Shown here in pieces: positions 30,409-40,751 of a stretch of DNA of 64,000 bases. The notes under the pieces were generated by a model. That model searched no databases. It was not told the DNA's origin and was given only the letters and a program-made list of their open reading frames with translations. A program made the translations under genes and the position numbers. The stretch comes from Aulosira sp. ZfuVER01. Its GTDB lineage: Bacteria > Cyanobacteriota > Cyanobacteriia > Cyanobacteriales > Nostocaceae. Each line of letters opens with the position of its first letter. The stretch's first letter is position 1. The stretch is from NCBI GenBank assembly GCA_034530615.2, contig JAVRCV020000073.1:191027-255026 (forward strand). Direction: 5' to 3'.

Positions 30409-30505
30409 TGCGAAAGTACAATGTATGACAGATTGTCAAATCAAACTACTGTTCGTAGCTTGAGCAGTTGCAATTGCTATCCACCGAGTATTTCCAAGCG
30501 CACAA

Positions 30506-31540
30506 ATGATAAAATATCGCTATATCTGTTTAACTGTTGCGGCGGCGGCTATAGTTAGTTTAAGTTCCTGTAACAGTACACCCATAGCAGAAAACCCAGC
30601 TACACCATCTGCTAGCTCTCCTGCACAGGTGACTGAAGCCACAACTCACAGCAGTCACGGTAGCAAGGCGAAAATTAACATTAATACTGCTATCTTGTCA
30701 GATCTGGATAAATTTGAAGCTAAACTAGGTATCCCAGCACTATCAAATAAAATTCAGGCAAATCGGCCCTACGCTAGCCGAGAAGATTTAGTTAGCAAAA
30801 AAGTGATTACCCAAGAACAGTTCGACCAAATTAAAGATGCAGTCACTGTTCAGGAAGTGGTACTCACAGGCGAAGCCAAAGATGTTGATTACATGACAAA
30901 GCTGGGTCTAATGAAAGGCCATCTGTTGGTGGCTCAAGAACTTTTGGATAAAAATCAGCCGAAACAGGCTGAACCTCATATTGGACACCCAGTTGAAGAA
31001 ATTTACGTTGATGTAGAAGACCAACTTAATGAGCGCAAGGTTAAAGAATTTAAAACCACTTTGGTAAGTTTGCAAGATTTAGTCAAATCTAATCCCAAGA
31101 ATGCCAAAGTCAAAACTGATTTTACCTCGTCAGTGCAAGCAGTTGATGGTGCGATCGCGGTGTTACCAGAATCTCAGCGCTCAAAACCCGGATTTGTGCT
31201 ACAGGTAATCAACGGATTGTTAGATGCAGCAAATTCAGAATATGGAGCTGCGATCGCCAATGGTAAAATAGCTGCTGCAATTGAATATCAAGACTCTCGT
31301 GGCTTTGTAATCTACGCAAATGAATTGTATAAAGGCATTTCTAGCCAAGTAGCACAAACAAGTCCTGACGCAAACAAAGCAATTGAGGCGAGTTTTGTTG
31401 ACTTGGTGAAAGTTTGGCCCGCTGCTATCCCACCAGCCCAGCCAGTGAAAACTCCTGAGGATGTCAGCAAACTTGTAAAAACCATTGAGCAAAACTCTCA
31501 ACAAGTGATTGAAAAAGCAAGCACCCAAGCACAGCAATAG
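30506..31540 (+). CDS. Lipoprotein with helix-hairpin-helix domain and His/Glu-rich helical domain (putative periplasmic iron partner of FTR1)
   Basis: Lipobox LSSC; KININTA...NRPYASREDLV (HhH); GHL, HIGHPVEE, EYQDSRGF. Confidence 0.75.
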   Translation: MIKYRYICLTVAAAAIVSLSSCNSTPIAENPATPSASSPAQVTEATTHSSHGSKAKININTAILSDLDKFEAKLGIPALSNKIQANRPYASREDLVSKKVITQEQFDQIKDAVTVQEVVLTGEAKDVDYMTKLGLMKGHLLVAQELLDKNQPKQAEPHIGHPVEEIYVDVEDQLNERKVKEFKTTLVSLQDLVKSNPKNAKVKTDFTSSVQAVDGAIAVLPESQRSKPGFVLQVINGLLDAANSEYGAAIANGKIAAAIEYQDSRGFVIYANELYKGISSQVAQTSPDANKAIEASFVDLVKVWPAAIPPAQPVKTPEDVSKLVKTIEQNSQQVIEKASTQAQQ

Positions 31541-31713
31541 CAATTTGACCGGATTGGAGATGTAGAGAGGAGTTTAAAATGAGGAAATAGTGAGGAAATA
31601 GTTAGGAGCTAAGAGTGAAGATCGTCTCGACTTTTAACACTTCAAAAAAGTATCACTCTTAACTTAATTACTCATTACTCTACATTCATAACCTTTGCTT
31701 AAATTAACAACTG

Positions 31714-32148
31714 ATGCAAGAGCTTGACCACAAAAAGACTATCGACCTACTCAACGCCATCATGGAATTTGAATTAGCAGGAGTAGTGCGCTATACACAT
31801 TATTCCCTGATGGTAACGGGACCTAACCGTATTCCCATTGTGGCATTTTTTAAAGCGCAGGCCAGTGAATCTCTACTTCATGCGCAACAAGTTGGTGAAA
31901 TTCTTACAGGTTTAGATGGGCATCCTTCCTTAAGAATTGCTCCGATGGAAGAAACTTATCAACATTCAGTCAAGGATATCTTGGCAGAAAGTTTATCCCA
32001 TGAAAAGAAAGCGCTAGATCTGTATAAAAATCTTCTAGAAACTGTCACCAATGCCAGTATTTATCTAGAAGAGTTCGCTCGTGGCATGATTGGTCAAGAA
32101 GAGATGCATAATCTTGAACTGAAAAAAATGTTACGGGATTTTAGTTAA
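31714..32148 (+). CDS. Bacterioferritin-like ferritin-family protein
   Basis: Four-helix pattern ELAG, ESLLH, EKKA..Y, EEMH. Confidence 0.85.
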   Translation: MQELDHKKTIDLLNAIMEFELAGVVRYTHYSLMVTGPNRIPIVAFFKAQASESLLHAQQVGEILTGLDGHPSLRIAPMEETYQHSVKDILAESLSHEKKALDLYKNLLETVTNASIYLEEFARGMIGQEEMHNLELKKMLRDFS

Positions 32149-32249
32149 TAGTTAATAGTCAAGAGTCAATTGTTAAGAGTCAAAATATTGACTTTGGAAT
32201 GTTGACTCTTGACTGTTGACTTTGGAATGTTGACTTTGGACGATTAAAA

Positions 32250-33218
32250 ATGAATTTTAGTACTGCCTTACCTACTTTTGTAATTACACTCCGAGAAGGA
32301 GTTGAAGCCGCTCTCATTGTGGGAATTGTGCTGGCGTTACTGAAAAAAGGCAAACAATCTCGACTCAACTCTTGGGTATATGCTGGTGTCGGTGTTGGTA
32401 TTGCTGTCAGTGCGCTGATAGGTGCACTTTTTGGCTGGGTAATTCAGGGATTAGGTGCAATCAACCCTCAATATACCTCTGTAGTTGAGCCGATGCTGGA
32501 GGGTACATTTAGCGTCTTAGCAATTATTATGCTCAGCTGGATGCTGCTCTGGATGACTAAACAAGCCAGATTTATGAAAGCTACAGTTGAGGGAGCTGTA
32601 ACGCAAGCACTAACAAAAAATTCAAATGCAGGTTGGGGCGTTTTTAGCTTAATTCTGGTTGCTGTTGTTCGCGAAGGCTTTGAAACTGTTCTATTTATTG
32701 CTGCTAATTTTCAACAAGGATTCATACCTGCTGTAGGTGCAATTGCTGGTTTAGTAACAGCAATTGCTATTGGAGTACTGTTATTTAAATGGGGTGTGAA
32801 AATTAATATTCGCCAATTCTTCCAAGTAATGGGTGTTTTATTAGTTTTGATAGTGGCTGGTTTGGTAGTTTCAGCTTTGCAGCATTTCAATGACGCTGTA
32901 GCTAGTTTATCCCTCAGTAGCCGTGCTACTGAGAGCCTTTGTTTCTATTACGAGCGTTTTACTAAGGTTCACTCTTGTATTTTGGGGCCGATGGTTTGGA
33001 ATACTTCTAAAATATTGCCCGATGAAAATTTCCCCGGCATTATTCTCAAAACCTTGTTTGGCTATAGAGAAAATCTCTACCTTGTACAAGCAGTAGGTTA
33101 CACAATATTTTTGCTTACTGTCGGAGGTGCTTATTTTCGCAGTATCAGTGGTAGACATCCTCAAAATACAAAGAGTATCAGATCTACACAAAAATCCATT
33201 ACTCCATTAAAAGATTAG
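32250..33218 (+). CDS. FTR1/EfeU family high-affinity iron permease
   Basis: Two RExxE motifs (LREGVE, VREGFE) and about seven TM helices. Confidence 0.93.
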   Translation: MNFSTALPTFVITLREGVEAALIVGIVLALLKKGKQSRLNSWVYAGVGVGIAVSALIGALFGWVIQGLGAINPQYTSVVEPMLEGTFSVLAIIMLSWMLLWMTKQARFMKATVEGAVTQALTKNSNAGWGVFSLILVAVVREGFETVLFIAANFQQGFIPAVGAIAGLVTAIAIGVLLFKWGVKINIRQFFQVMGVLLVLIVAGLVVSALQHFNDAVASLSLSSRATESLCFYYERFTKVHSCILGPMVWNTSKILPDENFPGIILKTLFGYRENLYLVQAVGYTIFLLTVGGAYFRSISGRHPQNTKSIRSTQKSITPLKD

Positions 33219-33271
33219 AATGACAGAGATATTAAGATAAGCCATCAAAATTCCAAATAAAAAATCAGAAT

Positions 33272-33348
33272 TAGGGTGTGTTATTGCTTTAAAGTAATGC
33301 ATCTTTGATTGCTGATGGTGTTAAGAGTGCTGCATAACATACCCTACA
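33272..33348. repeat. Degenerate GTAG-type REP-like double hairpin
   Basis: TAGGGTGTGTTAT...ATAACATACCCTAC resembles the core of the 11081 element. Confidence 0.55.
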
Positions 33349-33396
33349 AAGATAATCGACAATATTCTTTTTGACTTAGTTGAGAACTAAATTTCG

Positions 33397-34299
33397 TTAT
33401 GATGCAGATAAAGCTTGCATTAATTGCTGACAAGCTTTTTTAATTGCATCTATACTACCTGGATTTACAAGTCCGTAATAGTCAAAAGTATAGACACGAT
33501 TATTTTTAGTTGCTTGGAGTTGCTGCCAAAAATTTTCTTTTTTCAAAGACTCTACAAGTTGTGGATCGGCATTATTAACCACTATTAAAATATCTGGATT
33601 GGCTTCTAGAACTTTCTCTGCTGAAAGCGTCACATACCCACTTATGGGACTTTTTCCTTGTAATTCTGCTACAAGGTTTTTTGCTTGGAATTTCGCCAGT
33701 AAATCCCCAGCCCAACTGTTTTTATTCGGTGCTAAAATCGGTTGTCGGCTAACTATGACTAAGGTAGAAGGACTGTCAGCAGGTTTATCTGCCAAGAAAC
33801 TTTTATAGCTGTTTAATAAAGGTTGGGGATTGGCATTAATTAATGCAGCAAGTTTTTGAGTCAATTTTTCTAATGATTCCCAACTATTAACTTGGGTAAG
33901 AAGAGTCTGAATTCCTAGCTGTTGTAATTTTTGAATTGGTTGATTAGAAAAGCCCTCTGCACCAATAACTAAATCTGGTTGCAGAGCGATAATTTTTTCT
34001 AAGTTAGGTGGACTTTGTCCCTCACTCACGCGAGGAATATTAATTAACCTTGGATCATCTTTAAATATTTTGCTACCACTCAAACCTACTAACTTTGTTT
34101 TATCAAGTTGATAAATAATATCCGCAGAAAGAGAAGAGAGAGCTACAACTCTTTCGACAGATTCTTTTGGTAATTCCTGAGAGTTAGCGTTAGTAGGTAG
34201 TTTTGTTAATGGCTGCTGAATACTTGCAGTATTACAAGCAACTAAAAACACAGTCAATAAAAGCATGAAAGCAGATATTATCCAACGACGATACATCAT
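33397..34299 (-). CDS. Iron-siderophore/B12-type ABC substrate-binding lipoprotein (FecB/BtuF-like)
   Basis: Lipobox LVAC; RVVALS, PNLEKIIALQPDLVI, EKVLEANPDIL, ATKNNRVY. Confidence 0.88.
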   Translation of the reverse strand: MMYRRWIISAFMLLLTVFLVACNTASIQQPLTKLPTNANSQELPKESVERVVALSSLSADIIYQLDKTKLVGLSGSKIFKDDPRLINIPRVSEGQSPPNLEKIIALQPDLVIGAEGFSNQPIQKLQQLGIQTLLTQVNSWESLEKLTQKLAALINANPQPLLNSYKSFLADKPADSPSTLVIVSRQPILAPNKNSWAGDLLAKFQAKNLVAELQGKSPISGYVTLSAEKVLEANPDILIVVNNADPQLVESLKKENFWQQLQATKNNRVYTFDYYGLVNPGSIDAIKKACQQLMQALSAS

Positions 34300-34384
34300 A
34301 AAATCCTGAGGTGATTGTATATGGAATAAATCGCAACCTCAGAACTATGTTAATCAAAATTGGCAAATTATAGATAGATAGCTT

Positions 34385-34484
34385 ATACCAATTCAAATAA
34401 TGTTTGCGACACATCAATGTATTCTAGAGGGCAAGGAAATGCCTTGCCCCTACCATCTGTCGCATTCTTTTTTCAAATTGGTAT
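34385..34484. mobile_element. MITE-like element with about 26-nt imperfect TIRs and an internal REP-like hairpin
   Basis: ATACCAATTCAAATAATGTTTGCGACA ... TGTCGCATTCTTTTTTCAAATTGGTAT; internal GGGCAAGG/CCTTGCCC. Confidence 0.75.
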
Positions 34485-34544
34485 TAACTTTTATGAGTAC
34501 CCTATATGGTAGGATATGGTGTAAAAATTCACACCAAATCATAT

Positions 34545-34610
34545 AAAAAAAGCGAGTACAGACACAAGCCAAAATCCCTCAGGAAGACATGACTGCGTTA
34601 CTCGCTAGTA
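34545..34610 (-). ncRNA. Candidate structured RNA (sRNA or leader terminator)
   Basis: Minus strand AGCGAGTA...TACTCGCT long imperfect hairpin + T run, just downstream of a Fur-like site at 34625-34643. Confidence 0.4.
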
Positions 34611-34911
34611 TCTATACAAGGTTTATTGAGAAATCCTATATTTAATATAGATTAAGAGTTCCATAAATTATTACTGTTCAAGGATAAATATTTTAAGTTT
34701 TTAAGAGTTTTTAGTAAATTTTTTTACCTTCATGAATAATTCACAAAATTTTTAATGTTTGAATTTGTTACTGAGGATAATTGCGATTTTTAATACAGAA
34801 AATATAACCTTTTGTAGATAAACAGATTGTGCAATAGTTAATAAAAGGTTAAGAGTTAAAAAATTTACTTTCTTTGACTTCTTAACCTTTGCCTAACTTC
34901 TGTATGAAATT

Positions 34912-35580
34912 TTATTCATTGGAAGCTAAATCTTCTGGTGTATTACAGTTAAACAGCATTTCCGGTTCTAGCACTGGTAGAACTTGCACAGAATGTTGTT
35001 TGAGCCACTGCTGAAACGATCGCCCGCCTTGATTGATAAAATCGAGAAGTTCTGGTAGACAGCGACGGCGATAAAATCCGCACAAAGGTTCCCATCCTTT
35101 AGCATGATGAGCCAAAGCTGCGATCGCATCATCCCCCACCTCATCAAGTCTCCCTATCCATTCTTGCAACGCCTCAACCTTCAACTTAGGTAAATCGCAA
35201 GCCAGCAGCAACACCCAATCGGTTTGTACCTGCGCCATTCCTTGGGCAAACCCTACCAGTGGCCCGTGTGATGAAGGGGACAAGGGGAGCCACTGCGTTG
35301 CGCGGGTTTCCCGCGTTGTAGCAAGTGGCGTGGACAGAGGGGACAAGGAGGAGGGGGATAAAGGAATTTCTTGGATAAATTGACAACCAGGTAGAAACAA
35401 GTGTTGATAACGTTCCGGCCAAGGAGTGACCACATAAACGGTATCAGCACAAGCTTGAGCAATGCTACAAACACGCTGTAGCAAAGGTATTCCTTGAATT
35501 GGAATCAGGGCTTTATCCTGACCCATACGCGAACTTTGACCACCCGCTAGGACGATGGCTGTTAATTTGTTATTTGTCAT
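34912..35580 (-). CDS. mobA: Molybdenum cofactor guanylyltransferase with an in-frame repeat insertion
   Basis: Motifs VLAGGQSSRMGQDKA, GPLVG, LLACDLP, EPLCGFY, FNCNTPEDL. Confidence 0.92.
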   Translation of the reverse strand: MTNNKLTAIVLAGGQSSRMGQDKALIPIQGIPLLQRVCSIAQACADTVYVVTPWPERYQHLFLPGCQFIQEIPLSPSSLSPLSTPLATTRETRATQWLPLSPSSHGPLVGFAQGMAQVQTDWVLLLACDLPKLKVEALQEWIGRLDEVGDDAIAALAHHAKGWEPLCGFYRRRCLPELLDFINQGGRSFQQWLKQHSVQVLPVLEPEMLFNCNTPEDLASNE

Positions 35581-35653
35581 TTGTCATTAGCTAGTTATTT
35601 TTCCCTTGTCCCATTTCTCCCCACACTTCCCACCCTCCCCACACTCCCTTCCT

Positions 35654-37729
35654 TCATCCCCTACTCTGACTCTGCTGTACTTGCTGCCACAATTTTTCTA
35701 CGCTTTCTGCTGGTGCAAGGCATTTCAAACCTTGGCAAACTAAGCCGACACTGTTTTCTGGTAAATTTGATACCGCTGAAAATACTACAGTAGGCAAATA
35801 TTTGGGGATGAGAGAGTGGATTTGTTCTGTATTGCTGCGAATCAGGGTTGAGTTGCGATACCAATCCAAAGCTGTAAATAAACTAGGACAGGCTTGCGGC
35901 GCACGATCCATGACACTCTTAAAGGCTTTCAAACCTTGTTCGGCTAAATCTAAATAATGCAGATTATCGGTGAGTAAAGTGAGACGCACAAGATTAGAGA
36001 TCGCAACTCCGTTGGCTGAAGGTGTAGCATTATCTGCATAACTGCGTTCGCGGACGATTAAATCTTGACTGGCATCACTTGCTGCGTTGTAATAGCCACT
36101 TAATTCTACACTCCAAAGAAATTCGTTGAATTCATCTTGCAGTGCGATCGCTTTTTCTAACCAGAATGAGGGAGAAGACACATTTCCCATCCCTAGAGAA
36201 GCTTGGTGTAAATCCAACAGCGCTTTAATAAAAAAGGCGTAATCTTCAGATTGAGCTAAAACATGGGGTTGCTTATCATAATTTAGTCGGTGAAAACGCC
36301 CATCGACAAACTGATGAACCAGAATAAAGTTTGCCGCCTTTGCTGCTATTTCCAAGTACGATGATTGTTGAAATACCCCCGCCGCCCTTGCTAAACCAGA
36401 AATCATCAAGCTATTCCAAGCCACAATCATTTTTGTATCTGTCACCGAGGGAATGCGTCCCGGCCAGTTGGTGGTTTTGGCTTCTTGATTATTGCGTGCA
36501 GGGGGGAAAGTATCTAGTGATTCAGCATTTACTCCGTACCTAGCAATAAATAACTTTTCCAGAGCGATTTCTAGCTTATCACTTAGTTGTCCTGGATGTC
36601 GCCTTTGCAACACATTCTGCTCTTCAAAGTTGCCATTAGGGCTAACAGTAAATTGCTGTTGTAATTCAGTAAGTTCTTCAGCAGTGAGCAGTTGCTCCAG
36701 TTCGCTGTAACTCCAAACGTAAAAAGCTCCTTCCTCTGGCTCTACTGCTGTGGAGTTGGTGAAACTATCAGCATCTTGAGCTGCGTAGAAATAACCTTCA
36801 GGAGCAGTCATTTCTCTTTTGAGCCATTGTACAGTTTTGGCGATCGCTCTTTCAAAAGCTGGTTCTTGTACTCCCGCACTCCACAAATTCGCCAGATACT
36901 CGACAATCTGACCGTTGTCGTAGAGCATCTTTTCAAAATGGGGTACTGTCCAAGTAGGGTCAACAGTGTAGCGGTGAAAGCCACCACTCACATGATCGTA
37001 AATTCCACCCAGTGCTAAATCTAGCCCTCTCTGGGTAACAACTTGTGCGCCATCATACTGTGAGGCAAAATTAAACCGATTTAAGCGCAATACTAATTCC
37101 CCGTAAGGAATCATTGGAAAACTATTGCCAGATTGATTAGGTGAAAGTATAGCTGTGCTAGTTTCCCAGCCTTGGCGGAGTAATTCATTTTCTGCAACAT
37201 CGTCCGCCTTACCATCTTGCAACACGGCTGAGGTGAGTAATGCTTCAACCATTACAGCTTTGCGTTGCTGCAAATCTGCTTTTTCTGTATCGTAGTAACG
37301 CCGAATCGCTTGTAGCACTTGCAAAAACCCAGGTCGACCGTAACGCGGCTCTAAAGGGAAGTAAGTACCAGCATAAAAAGGTACTAAATCGTCTGGAGAC
37401 AGAAACACATTTAATGGCCAACCCCCTTGACCGCTCATCATTTGCAAAGCTTGCATATAGATGCTATCGATATCCGGTCTTTCTTCCCTATCTACTTTGA
37501 TGGGGAGGAAATTGGCATTCATATACTCAGCAATGGTGGGGTCAGTAAAAGCCTCACCTTCCATGACAGTACACCAGTGACAACTAGAGTAGCCAATAGA
37601 GAGAAAGATAGGTAAATCTTTTGCTTTTGCAGTTGCAAGTGCTTCTTCAGACCAAGGCCACCAATCAATGGGATTTTCAGCGTGTTTGCGGAGATAGAGA
37701 CTCTTAGCTTCAACAAGACGGTTAGTCAT
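35654..37729 (-). CDS. Thioredoxin-domain YyaL/DUF255 (SSP411-like) protein
   Basis: Motifs [33 protein letters not shown]. Confidence 0.9.
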   Translation of the reverse strand: MTNRLVEAKSLYLRKHAENPIDWWPWSEEALATAKAKDLPIFLSIGYSSCHWCTVMEGEAFTDPTIAEYMNANFLPIKVDREERPDIDSIYMQALQMMSGQGGWPLNVFLSPDDLVPFYAGTYFPLEPRYGRPGFLQVLQAIRRYYDTEKADLQQRKAVMVEALLTSAVLQDGKADDVAENELLRQGWETSTAILSPNQSGNSFPMIPYGELVLRLNRFNFASQYDGAQVVTQRGLDLALGGIYDHVSGGFHRYTVDPTWTVPHFEKMLYDNGQIVEYLANLWSAGVQEPAFERAIAKTVQWLKREMTAPEGYFYAAQDADSFTNSTAVEPEEGAFYVWSYSELEQLLTAEELTELQQQFTVSPNGNFEEQNVLQRRHPGQLSDKLEIALEKLFIARYGVNAESLDTFPPARNNQEAKTTNWPGRIPSVTDTKMIVAWNSLMISGLARAAGVFQQSSYLEIAAKAANFILVHQFVDGRFHRLNYDKQPHVLAQSEDYAFFIKALLDLHQASLGMGNVSSPSFWLEKAIALQDEFNEFLWSVELSGYYNAASDASQDLIVRERSYADNATPSANGVAISNLVRLTLLTDNLHYLDLAEQGLKAFKSVMDRAPQACPSLFTALDWYRNSTLIRSNTEQIHSLIPKYLPTVVFSAVSNLPENSVGLVCQGLKCLAPAESVEKLWQQVQQSQSRG

Positions 37730-37884
37730 GATCGGATGGGAGTGAGTTGCCTTCTTCGCCTAGTCTACCGTTCAAAAGCCTTAGCGAAGAAGTCAAAATA
37801 CACTTACAAAATCTGACGAGCTTATTATTTCTGTAATCATCGGTAACTTAAACAAAGCAGCAAGTAGATTGATAAATCTCTTTT

Positions 37885-37977
37885 ATAGCGTTTCCCATTC
37901 TGCTGAAGTAAGTTTTCAAGGCTACTAACCTTGTTAAACAAGATTCGGGTTTACCTCAGTTGCTTAGAAAACGCTAT
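37885..37977. mobile_element. Degenerate MITE-like element
   Basis: Termini ATAGCGTTTCCC ... AGAAAACGCTAT. Confidence 0.55.
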
Positions 37978-38288
37978 TTTTAGTTGAAAATAAAAAACAG
38001 CATAATGTAACTTTGCTGATTGCTCACAAAATCCTCACAATTTTAATTTACAGTCAAGATAAAAGCCAAAAAATAGGAAATATTAGGAGTGTAAACCAAC
38101 TCTGCTTGAAGCTAGTGGCTATTGATGAAAAGATAATATTATTGCTTGGACAAGTTAAAGCCTCAAAGTAACTTCAGCAAAATCAGGTTGCAATTCATAT
38201 TTATCTAGCAGTATTTTTAGATAGTTTTAGATCAAAACAAATATTAAGCTATTACTTCAACTAAAAATTATAGCGAAGGTAGAATATT

Positions 38289-39191
38289 ATGAACAGCAAA
38301 AACGTAGAAAATAAATCTCATGAAGATGTACCTCTAACAGGGGATTTACATCAGCTTCTAGTAGATTTTTCAGAAATTTATAATACTCGAAATTTAGTTG
38401 AACAGGAGTATAAGTTAGTTCGGAAGGCGAAGCAATTTGATGGCTCTTTAGACGAATATCGTCGTATGTTCGAGCTTTATTCTGAAATTCAAAGGCAGAC
38501 TCACTGGACTTATTATTTTAAGAAAATTGTTCAAATCATTCAAGCTTTCGGCTTCATAGCAATCGTGGCAACCGCAGTTAAGTTTGGTTGGGATGCAGCA
38601 GATCGGCATAGAAAGCATCTCTTTGAAAACTGGGATGTTGTAGCTATGAATACTGACTCAGCAGGAAAGCCCATTACTGTGAATCGAGGCAGAAAAGAAG
38701 CACTTGAATACTTGCACGATCGTGGTGAGGATTTATCACGCGTTCAGGCTGAACAAGCTGTTTTAAATCAAATTAATTTACCTGGAGGAGCCAGATTACA
38801 ACAATCTGTTTTTAAGGGTGCTACGCTTTTTAAAGCGTATTTATCAGAGGCAAATCTTTGGAATGTAGACTTTCAACAAGCTAATTTGGATAGTGCCAAT
38901 CTTAGAGGAGCTAATATTGAATATGGGAAGTTTCAAAATGCTGATTTACAAAAAGCTTGCCTTCGTTCTGCAAAACTTAACTATGCAATTTTTAATGAAA
39001 AAACTAACCTTGATAAGGTAGATTTTCGTGGTGCTACAGGTTTAGATATATCTGCAATTAAAAAGGCAAAAAATTACACAACTGCCATATATGATGAAAA
39101 ATTGAGTTCACAACTTGGATTACCTGTTCAAAATCTAGCTGATAATGCAGTTGAGGGGTGTCGTGTAGCTCCCCGATCTAAAAATTGGTAA
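38289..39191 (+). CDS. Pentapeptide-repeat membrane protein
   Basis: One TM helix, GRKEALEYL, then ATLFK/AYLSE/ANLWN/ANLDS/ANLRG repeats. Confidence 0.82.
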   Translation: MNSKNVENKSHEDVPLTGDLHQLLVDFSEIYNTRNLVEQEYKLVRKAKQFDGSLDEYRRMFELYSEIQRQTHWTYYFKKIVQIIQAFGFIAIVATAVKFGWDAADRHRKHLFENWDVVAMNTDSAGKPITVNRGRKEALEYLHDRGEDLSRVQAEQAVLNQINLPGGARLQQSVFKGATLFKAYLSEANLWNVDFQQANLDSANLRGANIEYGKFQNADLQKACLRSAKLNYAIFNEKTNLDKVDFRGATGLDISAIKKAKNYTTAIYDEKLSSQLGLPVQNLADNAVEGCRVAPRSKNW

Positions 39192-39556
39192 TTTTATTTT
39201 TGCCCAAATGGTTGCGCCCACATTGTCCAGTAGAAAATGATAGAAAAAATACTGTAACGTAAGTTGCTACAATTTATTGTATTCTTCTGGTTCTACATTA
39301 GACACTTTATTAAAAACTTGCTGGAATTTCTCCCAAATACCGCGTTTGTATTTTTCTTTTAAATAGTCTTTGGTTATCCATGTAGAAACCTGAGCAGATA
39401 AATAGTGTATAAAAACAACTTACCCCTTTAACAATATCAAGCTTGTGCGCGATCGGTTAAAGGGGCAAGTTCATAGCAGCAATAGTAGTGGCTGAAGTCA
39501 AAAACCCATAAGTGTAGCGAATACAGAACTCTTGCGTAGTACTTCACAAAATCTTG

Positions 39557-39712
39557 TTACCGCGAAGAAGGAAACAGCAAGCTAACAATTGCTGCTGGTG
39601 TTTCTGGCAAAGGTTTTGCTAGCTTTGTCTGAACTCTAGTATTTGGGCTAAGTCCTGCTATTAGGTGGAGTAAAAAGGTAATAATGGCGGCTTGCACAAG
39701 TTTTTCCAGCAT
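39557..39712 (-). CDS. Small (51 aa) hydrophobic, signal-peptide-like protein, absent from the ORF track
   Basis: MLEKLVQAAIITFLLHLIAGLSPNTRVQTKLAKPLPETPAAIVSLLFPSSR; AAGGGAG RBS 7 nt before the ATG. Confidence 0.6.
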   Translation of the reverse strand: MLEKLVQAAIITFLLHLIAGLSPNTRVQTKLAKPLPETPAAIVSLLFPSSR

Positions 39713-40124
39713 GGCAGGTCTCCCTTTCGATGGACAGCATTTCTCAATAGAATTGGTTTCTCTAACTACACCCCTTACTATTCAATTACCGGATTTAGAT
39801 GAATATTCCGGATAATTGCCCATAGCAATAGTGAAAAAATGTTTAAAAAGTTACCAACACTTGACAAATTCCACTAGTAACGTGGATGTGTTGATTCCTC
39901 TAGTCAGCAAGCTACAAATGTTGTGTAGCAAACTCTAAGACTATAGAGTTGGTGAGTACTGATGATTGGGGGATACCTACTTAGACACGCGCCACGGACA
40001 AAAAGTGCCCGTTGAAATTCATCTTATTTGTCAAATCAAGAAGAAATAAGCTCTACTGTAGTGAGAGACAGCAATTAGCAGTTGTCCTCGATAAAATGGA
40101 TTTAAATAGCTACAAGCAGGCTGC

Positions 40125-40730
40125 ATGATTCCTATAGTCATTGAACAATCGGGTCGCGGCGAACGCGCCTTTGATATCTACTCACGGCTCTTACGTGAGC
40201 GGATCATCTTTTTAGGGCAACAGGTTGATAACTCCATAGCGAACTTGATTGTTGCCCAATTACTGTTTTTGGATGCTGAAGACCCGGAGAAAGATATTTA
40301 TTTGTACATTAATTCTCCAGGCGGTTCGGTAACTGCGGGTATGGGCATTTTTGACACTATGAAGCATATTCGCCCTGATGTCTGTACCATTTGTACCGGA
40401 TTAGCTGCCAGTATGGGTGCTTTCTTACTCAGTGCGGGTACTAAAGGTAAGCGGATGAGTCTACCCCATTCCCGGATTATGATTCATCAACCTTTAGGCG
40501 GTGCGCAAGGACAAGCAACTGATATTGAAATTCAGGCGCGGGAAATTTTGTACCACAAAAAGCGGTTGAACGACTATTTAGCCGAACATACGGGTCAACC
40601 CCTTGAGCGCATTGCCGAAGATACTGAACGCGACTTTTTCATGTCACCGGAAGAAGCAAGAGACTATGGCTTAATCGATCAAGTTATTGACCGTCATTCC
40701 GCAGGTAGCCGACCAATGGCTGTTGTTTAG
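40125..40730 (+). CDS. clpP: ATP-dependent Clp protease proteolytic subunit
   Basis: Motifs [33 protein letters not shown]. Confidence 0.97.
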   Translation: MIPIVIEQSGRGERAFDIYSRLLRERIIFLGQQVDNSIANLIVAQLLFLDAEDPEKDIYLYINSPGGSVTAGMGIFDTMKHIRPDVCTICTGLAASMGAFLLSAGTKGKRMSLPHSRIMIHQPLGGAQGQATDIEIQAREILYHKKRLNDYLAEHTGQPLERIAEDTERDFFMSPEEARDYGLIDQVIDRHSAGSRPMAVV

Positions 40731-40751
40731 TTAAGGGTTAAGGGTCAAGGG

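Noticed and set aside
39557..39712. Assignment of the small ORF as patX/patS
   Set aside because: It has no RG(S/T)GR pentapeptide.
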